Position numbers and translations under genes: made by a program. The notes beneath the pieces are model-generated. The model was given only the letters and a program-made list of their open reading frames with translations. It had not been told where the DNA came from and ran no database searches. A stretch of 32,000 nt of DNA, from NCBI RefSeq assembly GCF_000014265.1, contig NC_008312.1, positions 5,790,001-5,822,000 of the forward strand. The letters are read 5' to 3'. Source of the DNA: Trichodesmium erythraeum IMS101. Its GTDB lineage: Bacteria > Cyanobacteriota > Cyanobacteriia > Cyanobacteriales > Microcoleaceae. Of this stretch, positions 6,901 to 14,179 are shown in pieces. The number at the start of each line of letters is the position of its first letter. Positions within the stretch are counted from its first letter, which is position 1.

Positions 6901-9539
6901 ATGCTGAAATTGCTAAAAACAAGGCAGAAACAGATAAAATAACTAGCCAAGCAAAACTAAATATACTTTTAAAACGACAACTAGCAGTAGCAATCCTGGG
7001 AATTATATTAATGTCAATGTCAACTATTGCTACACTGGGTTTTTGGCAGAAAACAAGATTTCAAAAACAAGTAGCAACTGCTCAAAAAGAGCGTGCAGAT
7101 ATTAATAGCATGACTGCTTTTTCAGAAGCATTATTTTTTTCAGGTTATAAATTTGATGCTTTGATAGAAAGTATTAAAGCAGGTAAAAAATGGCAAAAGA
7201 TAAAACAATTATTAGGAGAACAAAATCTCTCAAATGATACAGAATATCGAATTGCAGCTTCTCTTCAGCAAGCAGTTTATGGAGTGAACAAATATAACCA
7301 TTTGGAAGGACATAATAATATAGTTTGGAGTGTCATCTTTCATCCTGAAGGAAACTTAATTGCTTCTGCTAGTGCAGATAAAACTATTAAATTATGGAGT
7401 CGAGATGGCAAATTACAAAAAACTCTAACAAATCATAAAAATAGGGTGAGCAAAATTAGCTTTAGTTCGGATGGGAAATACTTGGCTTCAGCTTCCCATG
7501 ATTCCACAGTTAAAATTTGGGATCTTCAGCAACTAGAAATGAAACCTCTATCTCTCAAGAGTCATAGTGATTCGGTGGTAACAATCAACTTTAGTCCGAA
7601 TAATAAAATGTTAGCATCAGGTTCACTTGACAAAACTATCAAAATTTGGAACTATACGGGCGTATTACTTAGAACAATTAGGACTAAATCAGTAGTTAAA
7701 TGGGTTAGCTTTAGTCCAAATGGAAAAATGATTGCTGCTGCTAATGCAAATGGAACTGTACAGCTGTGGAATCTTAATGGGAAGCTTTTGAAAACCTTAA
7801 AACATGGAGCTGGAAATCATAATTACCCAGTTTACAGTGCCAATTTTTCTCCTGACGGTAAGAGAATGGTGACAGCAAGCGGAGATCAAACAGTCAAAAT
7901 TTGGCGTTTTTTCAGAAATATACCGATTTTAGAAAAAACAATAACAGGACACAAAAAACAAGTTATCAATGCCAGTTTTTCTCCTGATGGAAAAATAATA
8001 GCTTCCTCTAGTACAGACAAAACTATCAAAGTTTGGCAGCTAGACGGAACCCTCTTGAAAACTTTTTCGGGTCATGGAGACACAGTTACTCAGGTTACTT
8101 TCAGTCCTGATGGCGAAACTCTGGCTTCAGCTAGCTATGATAAAACTATTAAGTTCTGGAGTCTCAAAAACGATTCTCTAAATGTTCTACAAGGTCATAA
8201 ACATAGAGTTCTTGGTGTGAGTTTCAGTCCAGATGGTCAAATCTTGGCTTCTGCATCTCAAGACAATACTATTAAATTGTGGAGTCCCACAGGTAAGTTA
8301 TTAAATAATCTTGAGGGGCATACTGATAGAGTAGCAAGTGTTAGTTTTAGCTCAGATGCTCAGATTCTTGCTTCTGGTAGTTATGATAATACAGTAAAGT
8401 TATGGTACCTCAATTCTCCAAATCAAATCTGGAACTGGAAATTCCTTGAAGATCCTAAAAGTTGGCAATTGTTAGGCAAAAATCATCAGCTTTTTACTCT
8501 CAAGAATGAAAAAAACAAGTTATATTTAGTAGAACAGGTAAAGTTTTTAGAGAATTTTTTGTCAACTAATTTAAATTGTTTTCTAAATGCGAGGAGTTTT
8601 TGTCTTGTTCCCTGGGGAAAAATTACTTCCTTCTTTCCTAGAAATTTTTCTTTACTGCCACGTCAGTTTCTTGAAGAACTAAAATACCAAAGTTGGTTTG
8701 AGATCGCTGCCGATAATCAAGTAAAAGTTCAATGTAGACTTCTACAGTGCTTGCAAAATGAGATCATAACTGTTGGTGTTGATTGGAATTGGAACACAGA
8801 TGATTACTTGATTGATTTTACCTCTAAAAGTATTAATCTTATAGGACATACTGATAGTTTGCTGAGTGTTAGCTTTAGTCCAAATAATCAAGTTATTGCT
8901 TCTAGTGGCAAAGACAAAACGATAAGGTTGTGGAACCGGGAAGGTAAGCTGCTGAAAACTTTAGTTGGACATAATGAATGGGTTAGTAGTGTCAGTTTTA
9001 GTCCTGATGGCAAAATACTCGCTTCTGCTAGCGATGATGGCACCGTCAAACTATGGACTCAAAAAGGTGTGCTTTTAAAAACTATTAATGCTCATAGTGG
9101 TTGGGTTTTGGGGGTAAGTTTTAGTCCAAATGGTCAGGCGATCGCTACAGCAAGTTATGATAATACGGTTAAGCTTTGGAGTCTTGACGGTGAGTTGCTC
9201 AGAACTTTTTTGAAGGGTGCTAGCGATAGTGTTACCAGTGTGAGTTTTAGTCCGGATGGTCAGGCCATTGCTTCATCTAGTTATGATGGTAAGGTTAAGC
9301 TCTGGAGTCTTTATGATGGTAGTTTATTAAAAACTTTGAACGGTCATCAGGATAGTGTGATGAGTGTAAGTTTTAGTCCTGATGGTAAGTTGTTAGCTTC
9401 TGGTAGTAGAGATAAAACTGTAATTTTGTGGGATTTGGCTTTGGATAGTTTGTTAGATCAAGGTTGTAGTTGGGTTCGTGATTATTTACGGACTAACCCT
9501 CATGTTTCTCAGAGTGATCGGCAACTTTGTGAAAAATAA
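3945..9539 (+). CDS. Giant multidomain STAND NTPase: degenerate P-loop-like N-domain, TPR-like repeats, nSTAND1-type NTPase, coiled coil, one TM helix, 14 WD40 repeats
   Basis: 1864-codon ORF. Walker A is IIHGRSGVGKSSLVNAGLIPAL (GRSGVGKS = nt 5667-5690) and Walker B is LLTVIVFDQFEEFF (Asp at 6048-6050). TPR-like helices span about aa 230-520 (for example DSALEHYQESLNLWE and LGSLYYNQGKYLQAFRL). The hydrophobic helix is LAVAILGIILMSMSTIATLGFW. There are 14 units of the form GH..V.SVSFSPDG..LASAS.D.T[IV]KLW, and a C-terminal tail LALDSLLDQGCSWVRDYL. The track start at 3945 is TTG; the first in-frame ATG is 3963 (MEPLKY...), so the true start is uncertain by 6 codons. Confidence 0.9.
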   Translation: MTFKFPMEPLKYPEESIIYNKRSLTRLMRSVTISQGQFSLILACCNYQHFQQRMMMEVKKMLSVELQEIVLSKTVTTLYTTIDQQLEKFPEAPAVMILNLDKVEAIDELLISTNQVRDEFRKKFSFPLILWITDKLLAKLIRLAPDFKSWAAATIKFEFATSDLIHLLKMAIDSYWINESANEQQQLIKSSSNSTKYNFLVPSFLDQSNCYYGKKLSQNKHQEIQLAFKDLKEREQHLETTLKAKIEFIIGRDYFYNNNIDSALEHYQESLNLWEYKIGSLEYPKSSIISERFILEQKGIVLYNIALCYYLQSTQNPLDNYQELEKAKLKLEESKQLFEEVNNFVLVAEVITTLGQAIKQMKAWGELEAIALEGLQLHHKYGNDLQIAQDYGFLAEVALQKSNWVEAQKLSERALNILFYAKDITLPTEKNKYLLLLAKSLKNLYRQAEAIEYLEIAELTEQEAIKNSLKTQENRDPKLYIELLTELGSLYYNQGKYLQAFRLKKAQRKIAHQYGLLAFIGASQLQPQKQSYIKESLDYQNTLPSEITASGRQKDINNLLERISRNDCKLTIIHGRSGVGKSSLVNAGLIPALKNISISARDTVLVAVQRYNDWLEVLAYSLNKSLQKKCKLRNNNNLFKLKKDYIKNQESIFSIRGKNLNSEVEKTYDSELKDEFQCIESCVIAQLKNNSENNLLTVIVFDQFEEFFFFNNSSEDREVFYRFICNCLNLPFVKVILSMREDYLHYLLEWDFISDLDVINNNILDKDIRYHLRDFSREDAYTVIECLTKRAKFNLEPQLIDVIVDGLADEKQQIRPIELQVVGSQLQEEKPQIQTLDQFQKKFDINPKKAKAKLIKNFLEQVIIDCGQENEEATMQVLFALTNDNLTRATRTKKELLEIVKTCIETSFLVNVDSSKFVENQINYNEKIEGLLNLILEILVDSGLLFIRQECNEKNYQLVHDYLVKPIRKRFDLENRLQQAEVEIKNAEIAKNKAETDKITSQAKLNILLKRQLAVAILGIILMSMSTIATLGFWQKTRFQKQVATAQKERADINSMTAFSEALFFSGYKFDALIESIKAGKKWQKIKQLLGEQNLSNDTEYRIAASLQQAVYGVNKYNHLEGHNNIVWSVIFHPEGNLIASASADKTIKLWSRDGKLQKTLTNHKNRVSKISFSSDGKYLASASHDSTVKIWDLQQLEMKPLSLKSHSDSVVTINFSPNNKMLASGSLDKTIKIWNYTGVLLRTIRTKSVVKWVSFSPNGKMIAAANANGTVQLWNLNGKLLKTLKHGAGNHNYPVYSANFSPDGKRMVTASGDQTVKIWRFFRNIPILEKTITGHKKQVINASFSPDGKIIASSSTDKTIKVWQLDGTLLKTFSGHGDTVTQVTFSPDGETLASASYDKTIKFWSLKNDSLNVLQGHKHRVLGVSFSPDGQILASASQDNTIKLWSPTGKLLNNLEGHTDRVASVSFSSDAQILASGSYDNTVKLWYLNSPNQIWNWKFLEDPKSWQLLGKNHQLFTLKNEKNKLYLVEQVKFLENFLSTNLNCFLNARSFCLVPWGKITSFFPRNFSLLPRQFLEELKYQSWFEIAADNQVKVQCRLLQCLQNEIITVGVDWNWNTDDYLIDFTSKSINLIGHTDSLLSVSFSPNNQVIASSGKDKTIRLWNREGKLLKTLVGHNEWVSSVSFSPDGKILASASDDGTVKLWTQKGVLLKTINAHSGWVLGVSFSPNGQAIATASYDNTVKLWSLDGELLRTFLKGASDSVTSVSFSPDGQAIASSSYDGKVKLWSLYDGSLLKTLNGHQDSVMSVSFSPDGKLLASGSRDKTVILWDLALDSLLDQGCSWVRDYLRTNPHVSQSDRQLCEK
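6981..7046 (+). other. Predicted single transmembrane helix inside the STAND protein (aa 1013-1034)
   Basis: A 22-residue uncharged hydrophobic stretch, LAVAILGIILMSMSTIATLGFW. It is preceded by a K/E-rich coiled-coil-like segment (AEVEIKNAEIAKNKAETDK...LLKRQ) and followed by QKTRFQKQ. Confidence 0.6.
7302..8408 (+). repeat. WD40 block 1: nine tandem WD40 units
   Basis: Nine consecutive units are readable in the translation, running from LEGHNNIVWSVIFHPEGNLIASASADKTIKLWS to GHTDRVASVSFSSDAQILASGSYDNTVKLWY. Confidence 0.9.
8409..8837 (+). other. In-frame 143-codon non-WD40 insert between WD40 units 9 and 10
   Basis: The translation LNSPNQIWNWKFLEDPKSWQ...CRLLQCLQNEIITVGVDWNWNTDDYLIDFTSKSIN has no GH/WD periodicity. 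It contains no stop in 143 codons despite AT-rich DNA. It is bounded by tggaactggaa (8430-8440, WNW) and tggaattggaa (8784-8794, WNW). Confidence 0.7.
8838..9434 (+). repeat. WD40 block 2: five tandem WD40 units
   Basis: The units run from LIGHTDSLLSVSFSPNNQVIASSGKDKTIRLWN to GHQDSVMSVSFSPDGKLLASGSRDKTVILWD. Nine plus five gives 14 units, enough for two 7-bladed propellers. Confidence 0.9.
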
Positions 9540-9586
9540 AATTATGGGGAATAGAGAATGAAAATTAGTATTTAACTGTCAGGTGT

Positions 9587-10135
9587 TTATAACTTATAGC
9601 TCAAAGTGCACTCTAGAAAAGGGGTTAAAAAATAATGTTTAATATGGCATCATTTGTGTATAGAATTAATTCACAATGAAAACTACTGCTCCTGACCATA
9701 ATTCTGGTAGCAAAAAATGTTCAATAAATAGAATGAAGTTCTTTATTATCTATTGAATTATTTATTGTCATTAGTGCTACTGCTTATTTCATATTTGTTA
9801 CAGCAATTACTTTAACTTTTTGACCTTGATAAAATACCTTATTTTCATATATCCTAGTTTTCTTAGCATGAGCATGCATCAGTTCTTGTTAAACCAGAAT
9901 TATACGAGTTTCATCTATAAATACTAAATTTTCTGTACTAAATTTTATGGGTCTATATATTTTACCAATTTTTTCTTCTTCTTCTCTCAATTTTTTTACT
10001 TTTTCTCTCCTAGCTTGGCTAATAAAGTAATAGTCGTTGTTATCTATTGATAAATGAAACCTCTTTACAATTTCTCAAGTACTTGCTGTTAGTATCTTTA
10101 TTGGAGCGATCGCCAGCTCTTCCAAATAGTAATTC
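9587..10135 (-). pseudogene. IS630-family transposase relic (heavily decayed and deleted)
   Basis: Minus-strand translation gives ..LAIAPIKILTAS*EIVKRFHLSIDNNDYYFISQARREKVKKLREEEEKIGKIY..STENLVFIDETR (VFIDETR = nt 9904-9924, the first DDE Asp region). It continues ..HAHAKKTRIYENKVFYQGQKVKVIAVTN.. and ends LTPFLECTLSYKL* (9587-9628), which corresponds to LNPIE..W..LK. Several stops and frameshifts are present. Confidence 0.55.
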
Positions 10136-10165
10136 TAGATAGTGATTTTTTATGTGATGAATAAG

Positions 10166-10328
10166 TATAATACTATTTCTCAAAAAATTTTGCTATAGTC
10201 AAATTTTCTATTTCTAAATACTATTTATTGATGCAGTTTTTCTTTGGTAAAAACCTCTGTTATTTTTCTAGTTATTTTTACTACCTTCCAAAAATAGAAT
10301 AGCATTACTTTTGAGAAACAGTATTATA
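10166..10328. mobile_element. MITE-like element (~163 bp) with 20-nt terminal inverted repeats
   Basis: The segment 10166-10185 (tataatactatttctcaaaa) matches the reverse complement of 10309-10328 (ttttgagaaacagtattata) at 19 of 20 positions. It lies directly beside the 5' end of the IS630 relic at 9587-10135. The interior has no ORF. Confidence 0.45.
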
Positions 10329-10917
10329 ACAATTTTAGAAGTGGCTGCTGTAGAAAAAATAATATCAGGCAATGGTTTTTAGATGCTCATTTGTAATATT
10401 TTTTTTCAAAATAGTATTAGACCTCTCCAAAAATGCCAATTTTAGAACGGTGGGGCAAGGGTTTGAGAACCCTTTCTGGAGATGTCTATTACAGACAGTT
10501 GCTATTCACTTTTACTACTTTTACAATTTTTTTTATGATTTTATTTTCCTGTATAAAGTATAATATTTAACAATATAAATACTCTGATTTTTAATCAAAA
10601 CAAAGCACCTTTTTTTTGAATAACTTTTTCATAATATGAATTTTTATCATGATACTCCAAATATTTTTATTATCCTGATTAAATATAATACAAATATTCT
10701 TTTTGAGATATTTTTCAATTCTCTTTCTTGACTAAATCAAACACTATATGGATTATTTTTTTGTGTTAAGTATTTCCCCACCTTAATATCCTTTACCCCC
10801 TTAATTTTTTTTATTTTGCCAACTTTTTTTGTTATTTTTTTGAATAAAATGTGATTATATAACTGCATTTTTTTCTTTATTCTTCCTTCTACCTTCAAAT
10901 AATAGTTAACAAGTGAA

Positions 10918-11685
10918 ATGAACGATAATAATATACAAGTTTTACCAGAAATGAGTTCGGTTTGGCAGGAAACATTAAATTGGCAGCCAACAGTAGAGCA
11001 AAAACAACAATTTCAGAAACTTTATGAGTTAATTATTCTAGGAAATAAAAAGTTAAATTTAACTAGAATTACTAAACCCGAAGAGTTTTGGGAAAAACAT
11101 CTTTGGGATTCCCTGAGAGGAATTAAATTTATCTTAGAAAATAAAATACATTGGTCAGAAGAAAAAAAGGTTATTGATATTGGAACAGGTGCTGGTTTTC
11201 CAGGATTACTAGTTGCAATTATCCTACCTCAATATGCTGTTACTTTACTAGATTCAACCCGCAAAAAAATTAGTTTTATTGAAAATATTTTAACAGATTT
11301 AAACATCAAAAATGCTTTAACTATAACTAATAGAGTTGAACAAATTGGTCGTCTCTTTAAATATAGAGAAACTTATGATATTGGTCTTTTGAGGGCTGTT
11401 GCATCTACAGTAGTATGTGCTGAATATGCTTTGCCATTACTAAAAATAGGTGGAATTGCAATTTTGTATCGAGGAAATATAACAACTGATGAACAGGCTA
11501 ATTTACCAGAAGTTGTCAAACTTTTGGGAGGCAAAATAGAAAGGATTGAGGAATTTAAAACTCCCTTAAGTAATAGTATTCGTAATTGTATATATTTACG
11601 GAAAGTAGGTAAAACTCCAATAAATTATCCGCGTTCAGTTGGTGTGCCTAATCAAAAACCTTTACTTAGTTTAAAAAAAATCTAA
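10918..11685 (+). CDS. rsmG: 16S rRNA (guanine527-N7)-methyltransferase RsmG (GidB)
   Basis: 255-aa ORF with LNLTRITKPEEFWEKHLWDSL, the SAM-binding motif VIDIGTGAGFPGLLVAI, and LLDSTRKKISFIE. Order and spacing are typical of GidB/RsmG. Confidence 0.9.
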   Translation: MNDNNIQVLPEMSSVWQETLNWQPTVEQKQQFQKLYELIILGNKKLNLTRITKPEEFWEKHLWDSLRGIKFILENKIHWSEEKKVIDIGTGAGFPGLLVAIILPQYAVTLLDSTRKKISFIENILTDLNIKNALTITNRVEQIGRLFKYRETYDIGLLRAVASTVVCAEYALPLLKIGGIAILYRGNITTDEQANLPEVVKLLGGKIERIEEFKTPLSNSIRNCIYLRKVGKTPINYPRSVGVPNQKPLLSLKKI

Positions 11686-11765
11686 AAATTTGCTAATATT
11701 ATGTCTGCTTAAATATTCATCATATTTGTGAATATAAGTAATACCAATTTGAAAAAAATTTCTAC

Positions 11766-11971
11766 ATATTATTGCTTGGGTAGGTTGGGGATTAGAGTAA
11801 AATTAAGAATAATATATAATTAGTAATTATGCTAAATTCAGTGCACGAATGGAGGCTTATTGCTTACTAAATATTATTGGTTGGGTAGGTTGGGAATTAG
11901 AGTAAAATTAAGAATAATATATAATTAGTAATTATGCTAAATTCAGTGAACGAAGGGAGACTTATTGCTTA
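11766..11971 (+). repeat. Two tandem copies of a ~101-nt unit (period 105 nt) in the rsmG downstream spacer
   Basis: Copy 1 (11766-11866) and copy 2 (11871-11971) differ at 5 positions. The shared core is ttgggtaggttggg.attagagtaaaattaagaataatatataattagtaattatgctaaattcagtg. There is no ORF on either strand. Confidence 0.85.
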
Positions 11972-12382
11972 GGTAAGGAAGAATAGTGAAAAAGATTTAG
12001 AAAAACCAGCTTTTTATAACCTAATTTAGTATTATTTATTAGCAGCATTATACTATATAGGCTTTAAATATAAACCATATTTAATCATAACATTGGTGTT
12101 AAAAAAAATGTATTCAACAGATAAAATAATTATCTAAAATTATCATTTACTATAAGTAGGTAGGCATCAAAAAAACTTAGCTATATTAATATTTATACAC
12201 TAACGATAAACTACTCCACACAGGTAACTTGAGGTAAATTTACATCTTCTTAAATAGGGATAAATTTAAGACCAATTACTTAGTATTTCTGTAATCTATA
12301 AGGTATAGAAATATCTCCCGTCAGAAAATTATCTAACGAGAGATTAGTTAAATTTAAATATAAAAATAGGTTTTTTTAGACT

Positions 12383-12817
12383 CTAATGATGATGATTATT
12401 CGGACAAGCTTGCAAGTCTTGACTCATCAACTCCTCACTTTTTACCTTTTGGGTTTCATCTACAGCTTCTAAACCAACCCAATTATTAACAATTTCAATA
12501 TCAAATCCCACTTCTCTACGCTCGCCTACTTGTATTAGAGGACGACGGATTAATAATGGGTCGTTGAGCATCATTGTTAGAGCAGTTTCTCCATCAATTT
12601 TTTCAGGAACTACTTCTCCAGATTTAACTTTTGGAGCAGCTTTATTAAACCACTCTGCTACTGGGCGATCGCCAAAAAATAAACGTAAATTATCTTTTGT
12701 CCAAGGTTCAGTCAACAAATTATGAGCTTCTAATTGATGACCTGCTGCTTTTAACAAAGTCTTTTGCTTTGTATTGTTTTTGCAACCTGGTTTTTCATAA
12801 AAAATTACCTTTGCCAT
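12383..12817 (-). CDS. ArsC/Spx-family thioredoxin-fold protein (resembles the nitrogenase-associated ArsC-like subgroup)
   Basis: 144-aa ORF starting MAKVIFYEKPGCKNNTKQKTLLKAAGHQL, a beta-alpha start with a single Cys as in ArsC/Spx. It also contains ..PVAEWFNKAAPKVKSGEV.. and PLLIRRPL. The C-terminus is a CPNNHHH tail. Confidence 0.75.
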   Translation of the reverse strand: MAKVIFYEKPGCKNNTKQKTLLKAAGHQLEAHNLLTEPWTKDNLRLFFGDRPVAEWFNKAAPKVKSGEVVPEKIDGETALTMMLNDPLLIRRPLIQVGERREVGFDIEIVNNWVGLEAVDETQKVKSEELMSQDLQACPNNHHH

Positions 12818-13088
12818 TGTCTTATATCCTCAGCAGTTTTTTTGGTAATTTTTTAATCTTAATACCTGATTAAATAGCAAATTGTAAGCAATTATCAAAA
12901 AAAATTATTCTTATGTATGATATAATTATATATTACAACTTTAAACAAAAGTAAATATTTATCAAAAAGAAAATTTATATAGTTATACCAGTTTGATAAA
13001 TGTTTCCTAACAATTGTAGAGTATCTTGAGTGGGCATCAAATTATTCATATTATTGAGGGATAATATATGCCATCTTCCTGTGTTTTT

Positions 13089-13685
13089 ATTGCTTATTCT
13101 TTTGATGAAGTTTTCCCTATTTATCCAAATCAAAATTGGAAATAATTTTCTAATATAACGGAAATAATTAATCAATTATATGATAGCAAAATAAGTCCTA
13201 TTGCTAGCCACAGTATTTTTTTATTAGGAACAGTTTGCCAACAAAATAAAAACTTGAGTAAGTTTGCTTGAATTCCCAAAAATTATTTAAATTTTGAAAA
13301 TTATGATTGTATTTTGTAATTAGAAAATCTTCACTGATATCAATCTGTTGACATTACTATTGCTAGTGACAAAAATACACAACTTTTACATCATTTTTTT
13401 GAACTAAAAAAAAGTAAATTTCCTGAGCAAAGCTTTAGATAATCTCTGAAAATATAGCAACTTTCACCCATAAATGAGGTACTATATCTAATGATTCAGC
13501 TATCAGCTTCTGATATCAAGCATGAAAAAACAATATTATGCAATGCTTTACCCAAGTGAAGCTTCAATTCTTAAGTGATTAACACGTTCCCAATAGCTTT
13601 TTGATAACTAGTACCTCAAAATTGTGTTAATTTTAGATTTTGTTTGAGGAGCGTTGTCTGCCATTTCTCTACTTACTTCCCCTGC
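13089..13685 (+). pseudogene. Probable IS630-family relic (very decayed)
   Basis: IAYSFD (13089-13106) resembles the IAYSLD N-terminus of the element at 1031-1959. SASDIKHEK..CNALPK (from about 13506) resembles YSPDLNNIEH..SALKR. The 3' part (13542-13685) is homologous to the 3' part of the better-supported relic at 14865-15368. Confidence 0.3.
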
Positions 13686-14179
13686 TGGTAGTATTTATAG
13701 GTAGGTCTCCTAATTAAGAAAGTGTAATAATTAGTATGAGATATCTCTAAATTTCCCACCACAAAACTTTATTGTTTAACAATTCAAACTAGTGGTTCTT
13801 GTGCTTTAATTTCAGGGTTATTTTATTCTTGAGGTTAAATGAAGCTTTGAGTAATTGGAAGACAAGGGCGATCAATATTATTTGTTTATATTTAATCATT
13901 TGTGAAGAATAAAGTGGTAAAACTATCTCTAAATCTTGGGTTTGTCTGTTCCAAAAATTAGAATGAAACAGCCGTTTCAATATCAATTCTATGGTTAAAA
14001 ATCTAATGGTTGCTTTATTCACTAAAAAGCTGATATCTGAATGCTTACAGTATAATTTTCTGAATTAATCTTGAAATACCCATATCAAAATAATGAGGCA
14101 GGATAAATTTGAGTTAAAAAATTAACAAAATAAAATCCTGTTTATCAATTCTGCTGGGAGTATATTTCAAATAAAATTT

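Noticed and set aside
8409-8837. The insert in the WD40 array considered as a group I/II intron, intein or in-frame MITE
   Set aside because: All 143 codons are open in frame in AT-rich DNA, which argues for translation. The segment is far too short for a group II intron. It has no intein block residues at the junctions, no terminal inverted repeats and only short direct WNW-encoding repeats.
10372-10563. Small ORFs in AT-rich spacers: 10372-10563 (+), 12975-13175 (-), 13789-14022 (-) and 29282-29509 (+)
   Set aside because: Their composition is Phe/Ile/Lys/Asn-rich and low-complexity, as expected from random AT-rich DNA. They have no motifs or convincing start context, and several overlap IS-relic sequence read on the other strand.
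11766-11971. The tandem 105-nt repeat considered as a DGR template/variable repeat pair or as tandem glutamine riboswitches
   Set aside because: The five differences are c/g, g/a, c/a, t/g and g/a, so they are not adenine-specific as a DGR requires, and there is no reverse transcriptase nearby. The glnA-RNA hallmark GGAAG/ACGGAAG elements are absent on both strands. The repeat itself is kept as a finding with function unknown.
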